From positions 45,677 to 109,676 of the forward strand of contig CALVMX010000001.1 of the NCBI GenBank assembly GCA_944349415.1: a DNA stretch of 64,000 bases. The letters run 5' to 3'. Positions 48,801 through 55,590 of the stretch are shown here, in pieces. Position numbers and translations under genes: made by a program. Source of the DNA: an uncultured Clostridia bacterium. Its GTDB lineage: Bacteria > Bacillota > Clostridia > Christensenellales > UBA1242. A model generated the notes under the pieces. It searched no databases, was not told the DNA's origin, and saw only the letters and a program-made list of their open reading frames with translations. The number at the start of each line of letters is the position of its first letter. The stretch's first letter is position 1.

Positions 48801-51800
48801 TTTGCACCTTCTCCCGCAGCATCTTGTAAACGAAGCATGCCGTCGGTCCCGTCAGCCTGACTGAACAAAGCAGCAGTGGCATCATTGCCTAGTCCTGCCA
48901 AATAATCAGAATTTAGTCTAAAGGACAAATAGGTTTCATCTTTATTTATATAGTTATTCTCATCGTCAGCAGTATCGCCTACCCAAACACGAATTATATC
49001 ATTTAATACGATTTCGTCATTCAAAACCAAATATTTTGAAACTGTTCCTTGAGCTAAAGAACCTGATACATAATTATGCTCTTGTGAATCGGTAGAATTA
49101 TCATAATCCACACGGCTCACACCTGCGCCATAGATTTCAAAATTAACATTTTCAGGAGCAATTTCTTCTCCCAAATCGGTTGAGTAAATTGAGGAAATAT
49201 TTGCCGTAATATAAGTATTTATTGTTTCGCCACCCGTCGAATTAAAGCCGGTTATTTCATTATTGACAATATTAATGTATCTATTTGTTCCCTCTAGACC
49301 TTCTCGCAGAGTGTAGGAAGCAGCATCAGTATAAATCACTTTTCCATATTGGTCGAAAATGACAACACTCAAAAGTTCAGAGATTTGCTCAAGTGCGGTC
49401 AGACCTTGTGCAATGTCTACAATATCAATGGTTCCATCAGTTGTGCTTGTCCATTCAATCTCCCTTGTTCCGTCTTTGGAAATATTTACATAAACAGGGC
49501 CGTTTGTAGCATATTGAGTATTATTATAAACAAAATTGAACTCAGAGTCCACCGCAAGTTGAGCATAAACGGTAAATCCCGCAAATTCTTGCCCTTCATA
49601 ACTTACTGTCATCTCTTTTTCTTGCAAAGTTCTTCCATTATAATAAACTAAGTATGGAGTGTAGAGAACACCATCAGTATTGTCAAAATCTTCCGAAATT
49701 GTAACACTTGCAGTTCCAGTAATAGTGTCCGTGCCAGTGAAGGACATGGTGCTAATATCAAAATAATTACGTTCCACATCATCTTCATCTAGATATGTGC
49801 TTAAATTTCCATTTTCGTCTCTAAATTCCACTCTTAAATATCCAGAAGAAGCTTCGCTATCGCTTAAGCCTGCATTGTATAAATCTTGAAGCTCGTTTGC
49901 AGTTATCATATTTGCAGTTGCGTTATTCAAAGTGATAGTGATTTCAAACGTATCACTTTGACCCAATTCGTCGGTATAGAATAATGCCGGAATTATCAAT
50001 TCATTTTCTTGTGTATCTTGATTTTGAACGGTAAATTGACCATTAACAGCTGAGCTAAAACCAGCCTCGCCTACCATATCTTCAAATTTTAATGTAGCAT
50101 CAACCACCAAGGCTCTTGGCATACTTACAAGGACAAAATCATATTTGTCGCCACTTTGATATGCTTCGCCATCGCTGTTTAAAATAACACCGTCGGCATT
50201 TGTTCTGACAGTTGCAAACACTAAATTTATATCCATGTTCAATGGTCCAATGGCCGACAAGTTGGCATCGTTAAGCTCATATAACCAAACTTCACTTACC
50301 GAACTGTTTAAACCGGATAACGAAATATCTTCGCCAATAGTATACAATACACTAGACCTATATTCCAAAGAGGTAGAAACATCAACTTGTGCACCCGTTG
50401 GAGAATAGAAGAAATATCTTACAGTTTGGTAAACATTGTCCGTTGGCAAATTTATTTCCTCGGACAAATCCACAGTATCAGAATTCCCAGCGTCACTGTC
50501 GTATACTATGGTAATTCTTGAATCATCATTCCAGAAAATATTTTCTTCTTGATGCACTTGGAAATTGATAACAATAGATGGAAGTGAGTTGAAATTGTTA
50601 CCATTTGTAAAGAAAATTTCCCAACCGTTCTCGCCTTCAACAAACAAAGCAGCTTTAAAACTAGCCTCTCCTTCTTCGGTAGAAGCAAATTGATATTGAT
50701 AGTTTGCTGCACTAGATGAGGTGCTAGTGCTTGGCAAAACAAAGTAATAAGTGGTTATCGTTCCGTTTTCTATTTCCTCCACTGTAGGAGCATAACTATT
50801 CAAACTGCTGTAGCTTTCTTCTGTAATAGCGTAAGAATAAGTGGTCTCACCAGCAATATTGAGCGAAGTCACTTCCACTCTCATTAATCTTTCGCCGTTG
50901 ATTTTTATAGAGGCGTTATCATCAAGTAATGCTATACCAACATTGCCTGCGTAAATTGAGTTTAAGCTGTTTCCTTCATCATCACGAATAGCGACACCTA
51001 AACTTCCATCAAAAATGGAAGAACTTGAGTTAGAAGAAAGATTCAAATATCTGTCAACAACTGCGTCATCAAACTGAGTATTTGAAACACTGAAACTCTC
51101 CACTCCAACATCTTTAACCGTAACATTTATTTCACAACTGCGATAAGATTCTGGATTACTACTAAAATAATTGATCGCCAACTGATTTAGGGTGGCAAAA
51201 TCAGTAATAGTCGAATTTGCACTCAAAAAGGCTTCTTGATAACTTGCTGAATAGAACGTATAGAGTCTAATTGTATCGCTATATCCTTCATCAGTCACTC
51301 CTGTTGCTGTGAAAGTTTGCGTTTCATAATCAAAGGTTATGTAATTATTGGTTGGCTCATAGAATATCATTTTACTTTCTGTTCCACTATACATAAATTC
51401 ACTACTGTTTCCTGTTTCAGTGGAATCTGGAGTGAAATTTACTTTAACCTTAAATTGAGAGCCGTTGACAACCTCGTTGTCTACAAGTTGAGTCATGCCC
51501 TCATCACCAGAATCATAAACATATGCATCTATTTCATAAACTGGCACGTCAACAGCAATAGTGGTGGTAATTGGAGAGATAAGTCTGTTCTCTGATGTTG
51601 CGCGAAGAGTGGTAATACCACCATTTATGTATTCTGAACTCGTATAATCATTGTAAGAGGTAGACAAACTAACAAGAAAAGGTGTGTTTAATCTAACAGT
51701 TTGTGGAACACGAATAATGCCATTGTCAATGTAACCATTTTCTGCCACAGTATTACCAAGAGAAAGAGTAATATTGCTAACATTAGCACCTTCGGTAGAA

Positions 51801-52027
51801 GTTGTGATCGTCAAATAAAAATCTGCAGAAACCTCATAAGTTCCTGTTTCCGCATTATAATTTTCATCTTGAACAAAATTTATGTTTTCAGGATTTATAA
51901 TCTCTTCGTTAAAATATCCTAAAAGATACATAACAAAAGTGGAAACTCCTAAAAGACCGATAATGGCAGCCATTGTTATAAGCACAACTTTCCAAGTCGC
52001 CAAGACTTTTCTTTTTCTCTTACTCAT
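36863..52027 (-). CDS. Giant N-terminally membrane-anchored surface protein (5054 aa)
   Basis: Single uninterrupted 15.2-kb ORF. GAGGT RBS upstream of the ATG at 52027. MSKRKRKVLATWKVVLITMAAIIGLLGVSTFVMYLLGYF is a signal anchor. The rest is T/S/N/Y/D/E-rich with internal repeats. I saw no LPXTG motif or known wall anchor. Confidence 0.85.
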   Translation of the reverse strand: MSKRKRKVLATWKVVLITMAAIIGLLGVSTFVMYLLGYFNEEIINPENINFVQDENYNAETGTYEVSADFYLTITTSTEGANVSNITLSLGNTVAENGYIDNGIIRVPQTVRLNTPFLVSLSTSYNDYTSSEYINGGITTLRATSENRLISPITTTIAVDVPVYEIDAYVYDSGDEGMTQLVDNEVVNGSQFKVKVNFTPDSTETGNSSEFMYSGTESKMIFYEPTNNYITFDYETQTFTATGVTDEGYSDTIRLYTFYSASYQEAFLSANSTITDFATLNQLAINYFSSNPESYRSCEINVTVKDVGVESFSVSNTQFDDAVVDRYLNLSSNSSSSIFDGSLGVAIRDDEGNSLNSIYAGNVGIALLDDNASIKINGERLMRVEVTSLNIAGETTYSYAITEESYSSLNSYAPTVEEIENGTITTYYFVLPSTSTSSSAANYQYQFASTEEGEASFKAALFVEGENGWEIFFTNGNNFNSLPSIVINFQVHQEENIFWNDDSRITIVYDSDAGNSDTVDLSEEINLPTDNVYQTVRYFFYSPTGAQVDVSTSLEYRSSVLYTIGEDISLSGLNSSVSEVWLYELNDANLSAIGPLNMDINLVFATVRTNADGVILNSDGEAYQSGDKYDFVLVSMPRALVVDATLKFEDMVGEAGFSSAVNGQFTVQNQDTQENELIIPALFYTDELGQSDTFEITITLNNATANMITANELQDLYNAGLSDSEASSGYLRVEFRDENGNLSTYLDEDDVERNYFDISTMSFTGTDTITGTASVTISEDFDNTDGVLYTPYLVYYNGRTLQEKEMTVSYEGQEFAGFTVYAQLAVDSEFNFVYNNTQYATNGPVYVNISKDGTREIEWTSTTDGTIDIVDIAQGLTALEQISELLSVVIFDQYGKVIYTDAASYTLREGLEGTNRYINIVNNEITGFNSTGGETINTYITANISSIYSTDLGEEIAPENVNFEIYGAGVSRVDYDNSTDSQEHNYVSGSLAQGTVSKYLVLNDEIVLNDIIRVWVGDTADDENNYINKDETYLSFRLNSDYLAGLGNDATAALFSQADGTDGMLRLQDAAGEGANILSYNSQNISVIHVNYLFATEEGFSLVFDVYDQYGLINIQLTIVILQNIRYIDNINSYSEPYEDYLTYGDIGTRASKLVFGGDSIILDDYLPISYFYNTSGAEDLSWTYNSQTGGTAILSVNNQSTSDLVWLGSSGEGNQATLNFGDVKTLTVVQLTLYYNSENDYTLRIDLGFVINPNYVLVQNQDFVDLQDLATGNNTLLSYYYEVYNAKEYIDRYILNSTVEDPEVIAFDTNLGLSFSSSEGSILTVQDFAINKAGNYVGNLGALINSNISLYDTENSNNPFQFLLFDSEHQLLESECSTMYFSVGYAKDAEAVISVIIDSTDEDCDDYRVLENNGKYVLVFLEYGNYTLNANWAVNETSSYISVLDSTLSVSQLSLFNVSESIEFVYNSEDIIYIDLNLSKIGLVYVAYEENYNGDDTYFAFDDITTDETSDTGLQAFFNNMAEKNIYDEYYAGNTYTIVYEVNDEDTVENPSENQQYGFYYRNTATGGNISSSLSLYSVTEGYENIISVSGNDITLNSSVETGEDVFAILQLTLTQNLSGTITYVMYYRILIKPNYTLDDVMYPYNDDAEYMDDSHFEINFEEEFTSKNASTSKVGGSRFAKLVEIPESIPEGDTRQKTSWGRYYIYDVVVNGTSMTDYSSYLQIVLDSNGGRLFVDILDTTAEITIRVAKYYDLTMYTAEGDLISEHVEVIKSERIYTIIYNSGIPEYHYNVTKDSGESLETDDLGFYDDGVTISEEYSYTVTVQEQVGDIYNPVTDLFAHVTFAENIEIGDNEGEISSYLYEFVKLVEGDTLYTVSLAEEGLEEEYVLGEQSTITAENVGNYILVDMNNNESVSDGRLFVSIVSKYQFTIEDVSVDGYIVTLSSDDAETPTLYFLPEEEVGYFDFRGAGSNGVYSLTFLTREAISEDGMFRIGFYTSYLNIFEITFYMDGGYDITYAENFGEEVIGGRDYDITDFVSGITKGESVLLDSTTNQFTFEEVAYKTASQEEWQTDEDVHFEIAEDGRTFQVAHMQEGLQVQIKAEHIVSENTLTIANGTTIWEDNAETLGQQLQIYRTDDSIEPITLQGFTYSTVTFQDENLQDVNYLKIDLDNELVVQGDSGEGTTLTRIDVFYIAINDEGEYPITESAIESTQEILYRFYFTLSFTASGAISSGQTLTYQESVGQEGIRYSQNQITLNLHEQDSYLYQALERYFNNVSTGISFRDEDAENPLDAFAFENGTTTYTITVPTVGETMEEYVEEIVVQYRFNGNVVFTFNLNYIFAVEPNVKISANYPTPSYVEEMSDEEKANSMLEAEYVDNNKEITNFFNTAASFTHTGANSRFYIERMDTAESEGSFVNNYDYSYTLDISEIQNVSLLVNNANTYTEPIESLRSGTLSDDGKSVINGLASMNLKFSLVNTGTTGSVVFTLTVNNVTQTYTVIVNNNSTVTMETNMITRVEDYEEVFAEDISTYSDNRLFKYGRILKYNFLNSASGTYYIRYDAPEGSSEDPLVYEVQANSSGTDAVVDLGRSYEGFIYNGIYTNRSAAYAGTSPLDWAAMFSYQPQITNRIVLLYAGYEVSRDIAEIKLSERINPTITYTLKYGVTFEEDELFYLRFDSLTTSDYVIITHSFQNLTGQQVTDELDADLEGYAYEGTYRSRANAENMEAKVTNLFTVEPTLDTQEETIYTLSYNIEGDSYNVTSGEEGDETTTQIDIDEDGDGYVDEMYYIRFVNSSDDSDVIVIPLQFRIGKFTEIIDQDLTGYVYDGIFESQEGAQEGTLDENDTIDDEITFIFTAVENQPTFSTRSNVDTLTYTVKLDQGSNLENTLYLRFEDEDAELESDRVKVISHEFNTTERVEHTDILGGGLTSLGSYTFVGIFTSADDAQNNTNALSLSEIFDEDGQPVLSAGSQESFISMDNVTFDADQVANITQYSVGYDLVNDIDGVIGDAETDQTIISDNIIDTNNTYRIQLNVQFEVTTSASSHYEVVYVDEGDVSILDFATLGIRDAKTGELLTSSDITSNRRLNVTLYGFGDAQIIANSSDPLEQEAWAIHQELREGAYNTGILPRYGAVLTNGLVGGDQTQDSNYASLNAGDDYGSDWQITPRGAPVNGNFILVKITYTTYLDIEHEHSVDVSANLRFLIMPSYDVSFKNTSEGTQYTDAIIEEMEVVDGETTAVATNTAGNPYIISRSTGEVTDRTQYLYSNDDSIYPIWQALLNGNNLGYTFNYTFVVNDSQAEYNSYMSTINFNDPSNSATAGWVIGEDQRTHAATTSNGSIAFGVDDVSIGDKDYYIDAIDSFGYRVRIYFRVQADITPLISNINSTTVIEGSQAEVGSTYYNVTLNGGTLSNVERPKNEITSYNGWAYDYSYTINCDSTLEDVSLIVADSSNTNGYVTASSSSDAAIYSEIFEIVYVYAITETSTVEGEQVTTTTYYATSVFKEIPTNQNILTYNVYINYLGNDGEDAINEAINKIEDENLKTSIREKITELSTDGLVFGLKMAGSATIVSPDGFVRSATAQTPTYGSDVALQLTLSGLTANVYNTNIIPAVSQYSFSGETNYNAESNLGEIKIASIWFEYNGEIVEYVDLNSDETYGLNGNSLYNEKQDLVVGTSTMTSGAYIYNNGVVSSPSNPGDETFTIPHFSGKLYGDSTTLENVVMVVTLTTETSDTLAISGDLAPSLAQIRQSLTIIRSSYGSLDTQNFIDTEEITMDDFDATIETDDNVESIVVYNDTIEIEISAGGSLQYAIAPSGTSTTDLNYVTLTNSRNYDHREQIRISNSETYTNSNAGTDTLQTSYTIYIRNVTSGTTYNVKYSSNSILSGSETDDYTFSLQQFGGVGESYTAPENPASIELNIEDVDELNSSGYATRYIYSIAEIVYNDGSENETEFYQQTGSLRLYPHFRSISANLTSAHDYIVDSYYEVKTNEGTSAERTYYVISPTSWAGKNGTSADVSNKNPSINYTSYFTFLAGEEERQTYNNAHQIANMPYIFTYQIEAGATIDANGTVTTNEDFNIESDTVRIYVYMRVSGIDGLYSDTDGILLNSTPITFTLRNTSEDEEKPIVDDAGIYMVGESNSLIILNEGDSVYAKGGANTTAEALTTSSVASAGTYLVPTNQAFVFENRFDKTTQYESETPEQTTIYYRVSNNEFRIVQADDADSDYIYHGNLDSYTYSSSGEYTSMFVESYRYVTGTDSYGAPTSQIGYRVFTANIVVYNSQAPNIYSAEYTTSEIDGTTSSFVENDSSYTLTLASPTVTDYNVEMSTTEVSGTFYDVETGKQIVADIDGNSSAENETQIAFDRFLDSDISGIKTKEIVAVEEGGIFFYRITFFVYNHLETTEEIALAPNTTYVLSNLLGNGTFYQLNNYNNETVTTKNYPLQANTEVTEYFYVFINNTLVKHEVKFNLYNTSTNINITSWVREDTENEALGLSSNTATIDIAYDNSFETGEADPTAENESKFYVNATTSTLYQNVNGEWRVVADLSEYVTGTISWLSGTGQPNNTVGADNDIYLDTLNFTIYQKVSGEWASLNVESGFYSEETLFDRLGYSDVVYDKDNGTFTRTVEGETYTYKLYEVDSINELSEIIDSSYTIMETSLSGNVVDWTNSTRVFFVEQTHGDTTTYRRCTIVFYKFADDIEVNAITQYNNYFQLSNLDSIAKAAIQEVTGETTDAELTWWNYNSSNYTLNSATVISIGESTVDANGQYIVSGQFYVLMSDKYYRVDLNITCAEARASYQVYVANESLESAISLKDISLYTFDENGDLAFTVNGETVVYTTEALMDYINREIGLASYTGFTYEDTEVKFYEFDDLGNSIVAGFDGTEIENVDLTATKPFVKNVNMVYYIKYDTATETDLILYAILNINFVVQNEPLGEKHFFSGTTSGQTFDLNTITTQVRQNFDLSSSYITYYLDANGENAVTGNTITLTTEERAQNYILKEIYFNDGSSYVKIILIIQNTNVLEASGASMTRMETREEQNEIFKTENGGLAA

Positions 52028-52067
52028 ACCTACCTCACACAATTATTTGTTAATATTAAACAAAGTA

Positions 52068-52096
52068 ATTATACTATTTTTTTGTAGTTTTCGCAA
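52068..52096 (-). promoter_or_regulatory. Sigma-A type promoter of the giant gene
   Basis: On the minus strand: TTGCGA (52096..52091), a 17-nt spacer, TATAAT (52073..52068). Confidence 0.5.
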
Positions 52097-52209
52097 ACAA
52101 ATTAAATAATATTATAAAAATAAATAAAAATATTTTTTCTTTGAAAAATTTGAAAATTATTTTTTAACTTTTAAAATTTGGTTTTTATTTCAAAAAATCT
52201 TTTCTTCTC

Positions 52210-52238
52210 TTGACAAACACGTGATTAAAAGTTATAAT
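52210..52238 (+). promoter_or_regulatory. Consensus sigma-A promoter of the ABC-F gene
   Basis: TTGACA (52210..52215), a 17-nt spacer, TATAAT (52233..52238). The leader is about 120 nt. Confidence 0.6.
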
Positions 52239-52363
52239 AAAAAAGGATTACAAAAAAGAAAATTTAGAGAAAATTATTAAAAATATTAAAACATTAATGA
52301 TTTTTTTAAATTTTTTGTCAATTTTTTAACGATTTTTTTATTTTTTTAATTTTGGAGGAAAAT

Positions 52364-53938
52364 ATGATTCAAACTTCTAACGTTTCTTTAGCCTTCGGCG
52401 GTCGTGTGTTATATAAGGAAGTTAACTTAAAATTTACAAAAGGAAATTGCTACGGAATAATTGGAGCCAATGGCGCAGGCAAGTCCACTTTCCTTAAAAT
52501 TTTAACTGGCGAACTTGAACCTAACACCGGTGAAGTTATAATTACACCTGGCGAAAGAATGTCTGTTTTAGAGCAAAATCAAAATAAATATGACAATGAA
52601 ACCGTTTTAGACACCGTTTTGCTTGGGCACAAACGCTTAATGGAAATACAAAAAGAAAAGGACGCCTTATACGCAAAAGAAGATTTTTCAGATGAGGACG
52701 GCATAAAAGCAGGGGAACTGGAGACAGAATTTGCCGAACTTGGCGGTTGGGAAGCAGACGGCAACGCCAAAACTCTCTTGCAAAATCTCGGCATTGGCGA
52801 AGAAGATTACTACAAGTTTATGGGCGACCTTGACGCTAAAATAAAAGTAAAAGTGTTGCTAGCACAAGCACTTTTTGGAAATCCTGACATTTTGATTTTG
52901 GACGAGCCGACAAATAACCTTGATTTCAAGACAATTAGGTGGCTAGAAGACTTTTTGTTGGATTTCGAAAATATTGTTATTATCGTTTCTCACAATAGAC
53001 ACTTTTTAAATAAGGTTTGCACACATATATGCGATGTAGATTTTGGTCAAATAAATATGTATTTAGGAAACTATGATTTTTGGTATGAGACCAGTCAACT
53101 TCTTCTTCGTCAACAAAAAGAGCAAAACAAGAAAGCTGAACAACGTGCTAAAGAACTTAAAGACTTTATCGCAAGATTCTCGGCTAATGCCTCTAAATCA
53201 AGACAAGCAACTTCAAGAAAGAGAGAACTTGAAAAACTGACTATAGACGACCTCAAACCTTCCTCTAGAAAATATCCTTATGTAGATTTCAAGTTCGAAC
53301 AGCAAATTGGTAAAGAAATTTTGAAAGTTGACAAGTTAACTAAAAAAGGAATGTTCAAAAATTTATCTTTTAATGTTGAACCAAATCAAAAAATAGTCTT
53401 TTTATCTTCCAATTCTTTGGTTTTAACAACATTATTTAACATAATTATGGGAAAAGAAAAGGCGGACAGCGGAACGATAACTTTTGGAAAGACGATAAAG
53501 CCTTCCTATCTTCCACAAGACAATCGTGAATATTTTGAAAATTGTCACTTATCTATAGTGGATTGGCTTAGACAATATTCCAAAGATAAAACGGAAAGTT
53601 ATGTTCGCGGTTGGCTCGGCAGAATGCTCTTCTCTGGTGAAGAGAGCCTAAAAGAAGTCAATGTCCTCTCAGGTGGCGAAAAAGTGAGATGTATGCTGGC
53701 AAAACTTATGCTTGAAAGTGGAAATCTTCTTATTTTAGATGAACCAGTAAACCATTTGGACCTTGAGAGTATCACTTCTTTAAACAAAGGCTTAATCAAT
53801 TTTAAAGGACCTATCCTTTTCACCACCGGCGACCAAGAAATTATTGAAACAGTGGCAAACAGAATCATAGATATTGTGGACGAAAACACAATAGTTGATA
53901 AAGAAATGACTTATGAAGAATACATGTCAACAAAGTGA
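52364..53938 (+). CDS. ABC-F family ATPase, YbiT/YkpA-like (no TM domain)
   Basis: Close overall resemblance to E. coli YbiT as I recall it. NBD1 Walker A GANGAGKST and Walker B ILILDEPTNNLD. Linker RFSANASKSRQATSR. NBD2 signature LSGGEKVR and Walker B LLILDEPVNHLD. GGAGG RBS upstream of the ATG at 52364. Confidence 0.9.
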   Translation: MIQTSNVSLAFGGRVLYKEVNLKFTKGNCYGIIGANGAGKSTFLKILTGELEPNTGEVIITPGERMSVLEQNQNKYDNETVLDTVLLGHKRLMEIQKEKDALYAKEDFSDEDGIKAGELETEFAELGGWEADGNAKTLLQNLGIGEEDYYKFMGDLDAKIKVKVLLAQALFGNPDILILDEPTNNLDFKTIRWLEDFLLDFENIVIIVSHNRHFLNKVCTHICDVDFGQINMYLGNYDFWYETSQLLLRQQKEQNKKAEQRAKELKDFIARFSANASKSRQATSRKRELEKLTIDDLKPSSRKYPYVDFKFEQQIGKEILKVDKLTKKGMFKNLSFNVEPNQKIVFLSSNSLVLTTLFNIIMGKEKADSGTITFGKTIKPSYLPQDNREYFENCHLSIVDWLRQYSKDKTESYVRGWLGRMLFSGEESLKEVNVLSGGEKVRCMLAKLMLESGNLLILDEPVNHLDLESITSLNKGLINFKGPILFTTGDQEIIETVANRIIDIVDENTIVDKEMTYEEYMSTK

Positions 53939-54073
53939 CGTCGTCACGTTCTAAAAATTCAGTAAATTAAAAAATACAAAAAAATACGAAAATAATAAAA
54001 AAATTAATAGAAATTTTAATAAAAATACAATTTTTTTAAATTTTTAAGCAATTTTTTATTAATTGGAGCAAGT

Positions 54074-54880
54074 ATGAAAAATAAATTAAAAAATAAAGTT
54101 GCAATAATTACTGGTGCAAGCAGTGGAATAGGTCTTGCTATTGCTAAACTTCTGTTTAAAAATGGAGTCAAGATATACAATATTTCTCGCGCAACTTTTG
54201 AAGCCGACGAAATAATAAAAAGTTATGAATGTGATGTTAATAACACAGAAAAAATAAAAGAAATCGTCGAAGAGATATACGAAAAAGAAAGACGAATCGA
54301 TATTTTTATCAATAATGCCGGCTTTGGAATTGCTGGCGCAGTCGAAAATGCTTCGAAAGAAAATATCTATAAACTTGTGGATACCAACTTGTCAGCTGTC
54401 ATCGCCCTTTCTTCTCTTATCATTCCATATCTTAAAGAAAGCAAAGGAAATATAATCAATATATCCTCAGTAGGCGCGGTTATTCCTTTGCCATTCCAAG
54501 CCACCTATAGTGCCACAAAAGCTGGCGTCGAGATTTTTTCGCGAGCACTTGCCAACGAAGTTAAACCTTTTAAAATTAAAGTTACAGCCATTCTTCCTGG
54601 CGATACAAAAACAGGATTTACACAAAACAGAATTGTAGAAAACACTGAAGGAAATAAAGACTATCAAAAAATTGTGGAAAATTCGATAAAAAAAGTGGAA
54701 AAAGATGAGCAAACTGGAAAAAGTCCTGACAGCGTGGCAAAAGTTGTTGTTAAAATTTTAAAAAGAAAAAATCCACCGCTCAGAAAAACTGTAGGTTTTG
54801 CATATAAACTTGTTGTTTTTCTACCTCGAATTTTGCCTACAAAATTAGTTAATTTTATTGTAAGAAAATTATATTGCTAA
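54074..54880 (+). CDS. Short-chain dehydrogenase/reductase (classical SDR)
   Basis: TGASSGIGLAIA, NNAG, and catalytic YSATKAGVE. Confidence 0.9.
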   Translation: MKNKLKNKVAIITGASSGIGLAIAKLLFKNGVKIYNISRATFEADEIIKSYECDVNNTEKIKEIVEEIYEKERRIDIFINNAGFGIAGAVENASKENIYKLVDTNLSAVIALSSLIIPYLKESKGNIINISSVGAVIPLPFQATYSATKAGVEIFSRALANEVKPFKIKVTAILPGDTKTGFTQNRIVENTEGNKDYQKIVENSIKKVEKDEQTGKSPDSVAKVVVKILKRKNPPLRKTVGFAYKLVVFLPRILPTKLVNFIVRKLYC

Positions 54881-54950
54881 AATTATTTAAAAAATATATT
54901 AAAATTATTTATATTTTCAATAGAAAATCATTTTAAAATTGTTTTATATT

Positions 54951-54981
54951 AAAAAAACTCTGATTTTTCAGAGTTTTTTTA
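54951..54981. terminator. Bidirectional intrinsic terminator between convergent genes
   Basis: AAAAAAACTCTGA-TTTT-TCAGAGTTTTTTT. Confidence 0.7.
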
Positions 54982-55010
54982 TTTTTAATTAATAATTTTT
55001 AGATTTTCAT

Positions 55011-55502
55011 TTATTCCGCTTGTGCATGCTCATTTAAAACACAAATTGAAAATGTTTCAGATGTGAGATCATCATTGCAACTATATCTAAAATAAAAATT
55101 ATTACCTTCAAAATATCCATGGTTGCCAAAATTTTCAAATACTAATTGAATAACTGGATCATTATTTAATTCTTCAATATTAAATGTTACATAACCATTA
55201 CTGTTTACTGTATAAGTCCCAGTGCTTGTTGTTTCATCACGTAATGAATAAGCTTCAACGGTCCCGTCTTCGTTAAATGTAAAATTAAAGCGCACAAAAA
55301 ATATAATTTCTCCTCTTGCATCTTCATAACTCATGTCATTATTACCATTGGCATCTGAAATTCTCACGCCGTAATATTCATAAGTGCCATAAGTCATTTG
55401 ATATGGATCTCCGCCACATCCGGCAAGCAATAGCATTGATGAAACTAAAAGCATTACTGCTATTATTGCGCTTACTATTACTTTTGATTTTGTTTTTGTC
55501 AT
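55011..55502 (-). CDS. Lipoprotein of unknown function (163 aa)
   Basis: Signal peptide plus lipobox LLLAGCGG. Confidence 0.8.
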   Translation of the reverse strand: MTKTKSKVIVSAIIAVMLLVSSMLLLAGCGGDPYQMTYGTYEYYGVRISDANGNNDMSYEDARGEIIFFVRFNFTFNEDGTVEAYSLRDETTSTGTYTVNSNGYVTFNIEELNNDPVIQLVFENFGNHGYFEGNNFYFRYSCNDDLTSETFSICVLNEHAQAE

Positions 55503-55590
55503 TAAAATATCCTCCTTCTTTAATCCTAAAACAAGTATAACTTTTAAAAACTATATTTGTCAAACAACTTAAGAGAATATTTTTGAGTTT

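Noticed and set aside
39880-51922. About a dozen 60-100-aa ORFs on both strands within the giant gene
   Set aside because: They are expected by chance in a 15-kb AT-rich coding region. None has an RBS or a recognisable product.
25283-52027. Idea that the block right of tRNA-Ala (dut, nrdDG, hypotheticals, T4CP, giant gene) is a tRNA-integrated genomic island or prophage remnant
   Set aside because: I noticed no integrase, no repeat of the tRNA 3' end, and no phage structural or replication genes. nrdDG and dut look like normal housekeeping copies. It remains checkable by strain comparison.
53933-53950. Palindrome GTGACG-T-CGTCAC overlapping the ABC-F stop codon as a possible terminator or regulator site
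   Set aside because: It has 6-bp arms with a 1-nt loop and no following T-run. It cannot form a stable hairpin terminator, and no second copy was seen.
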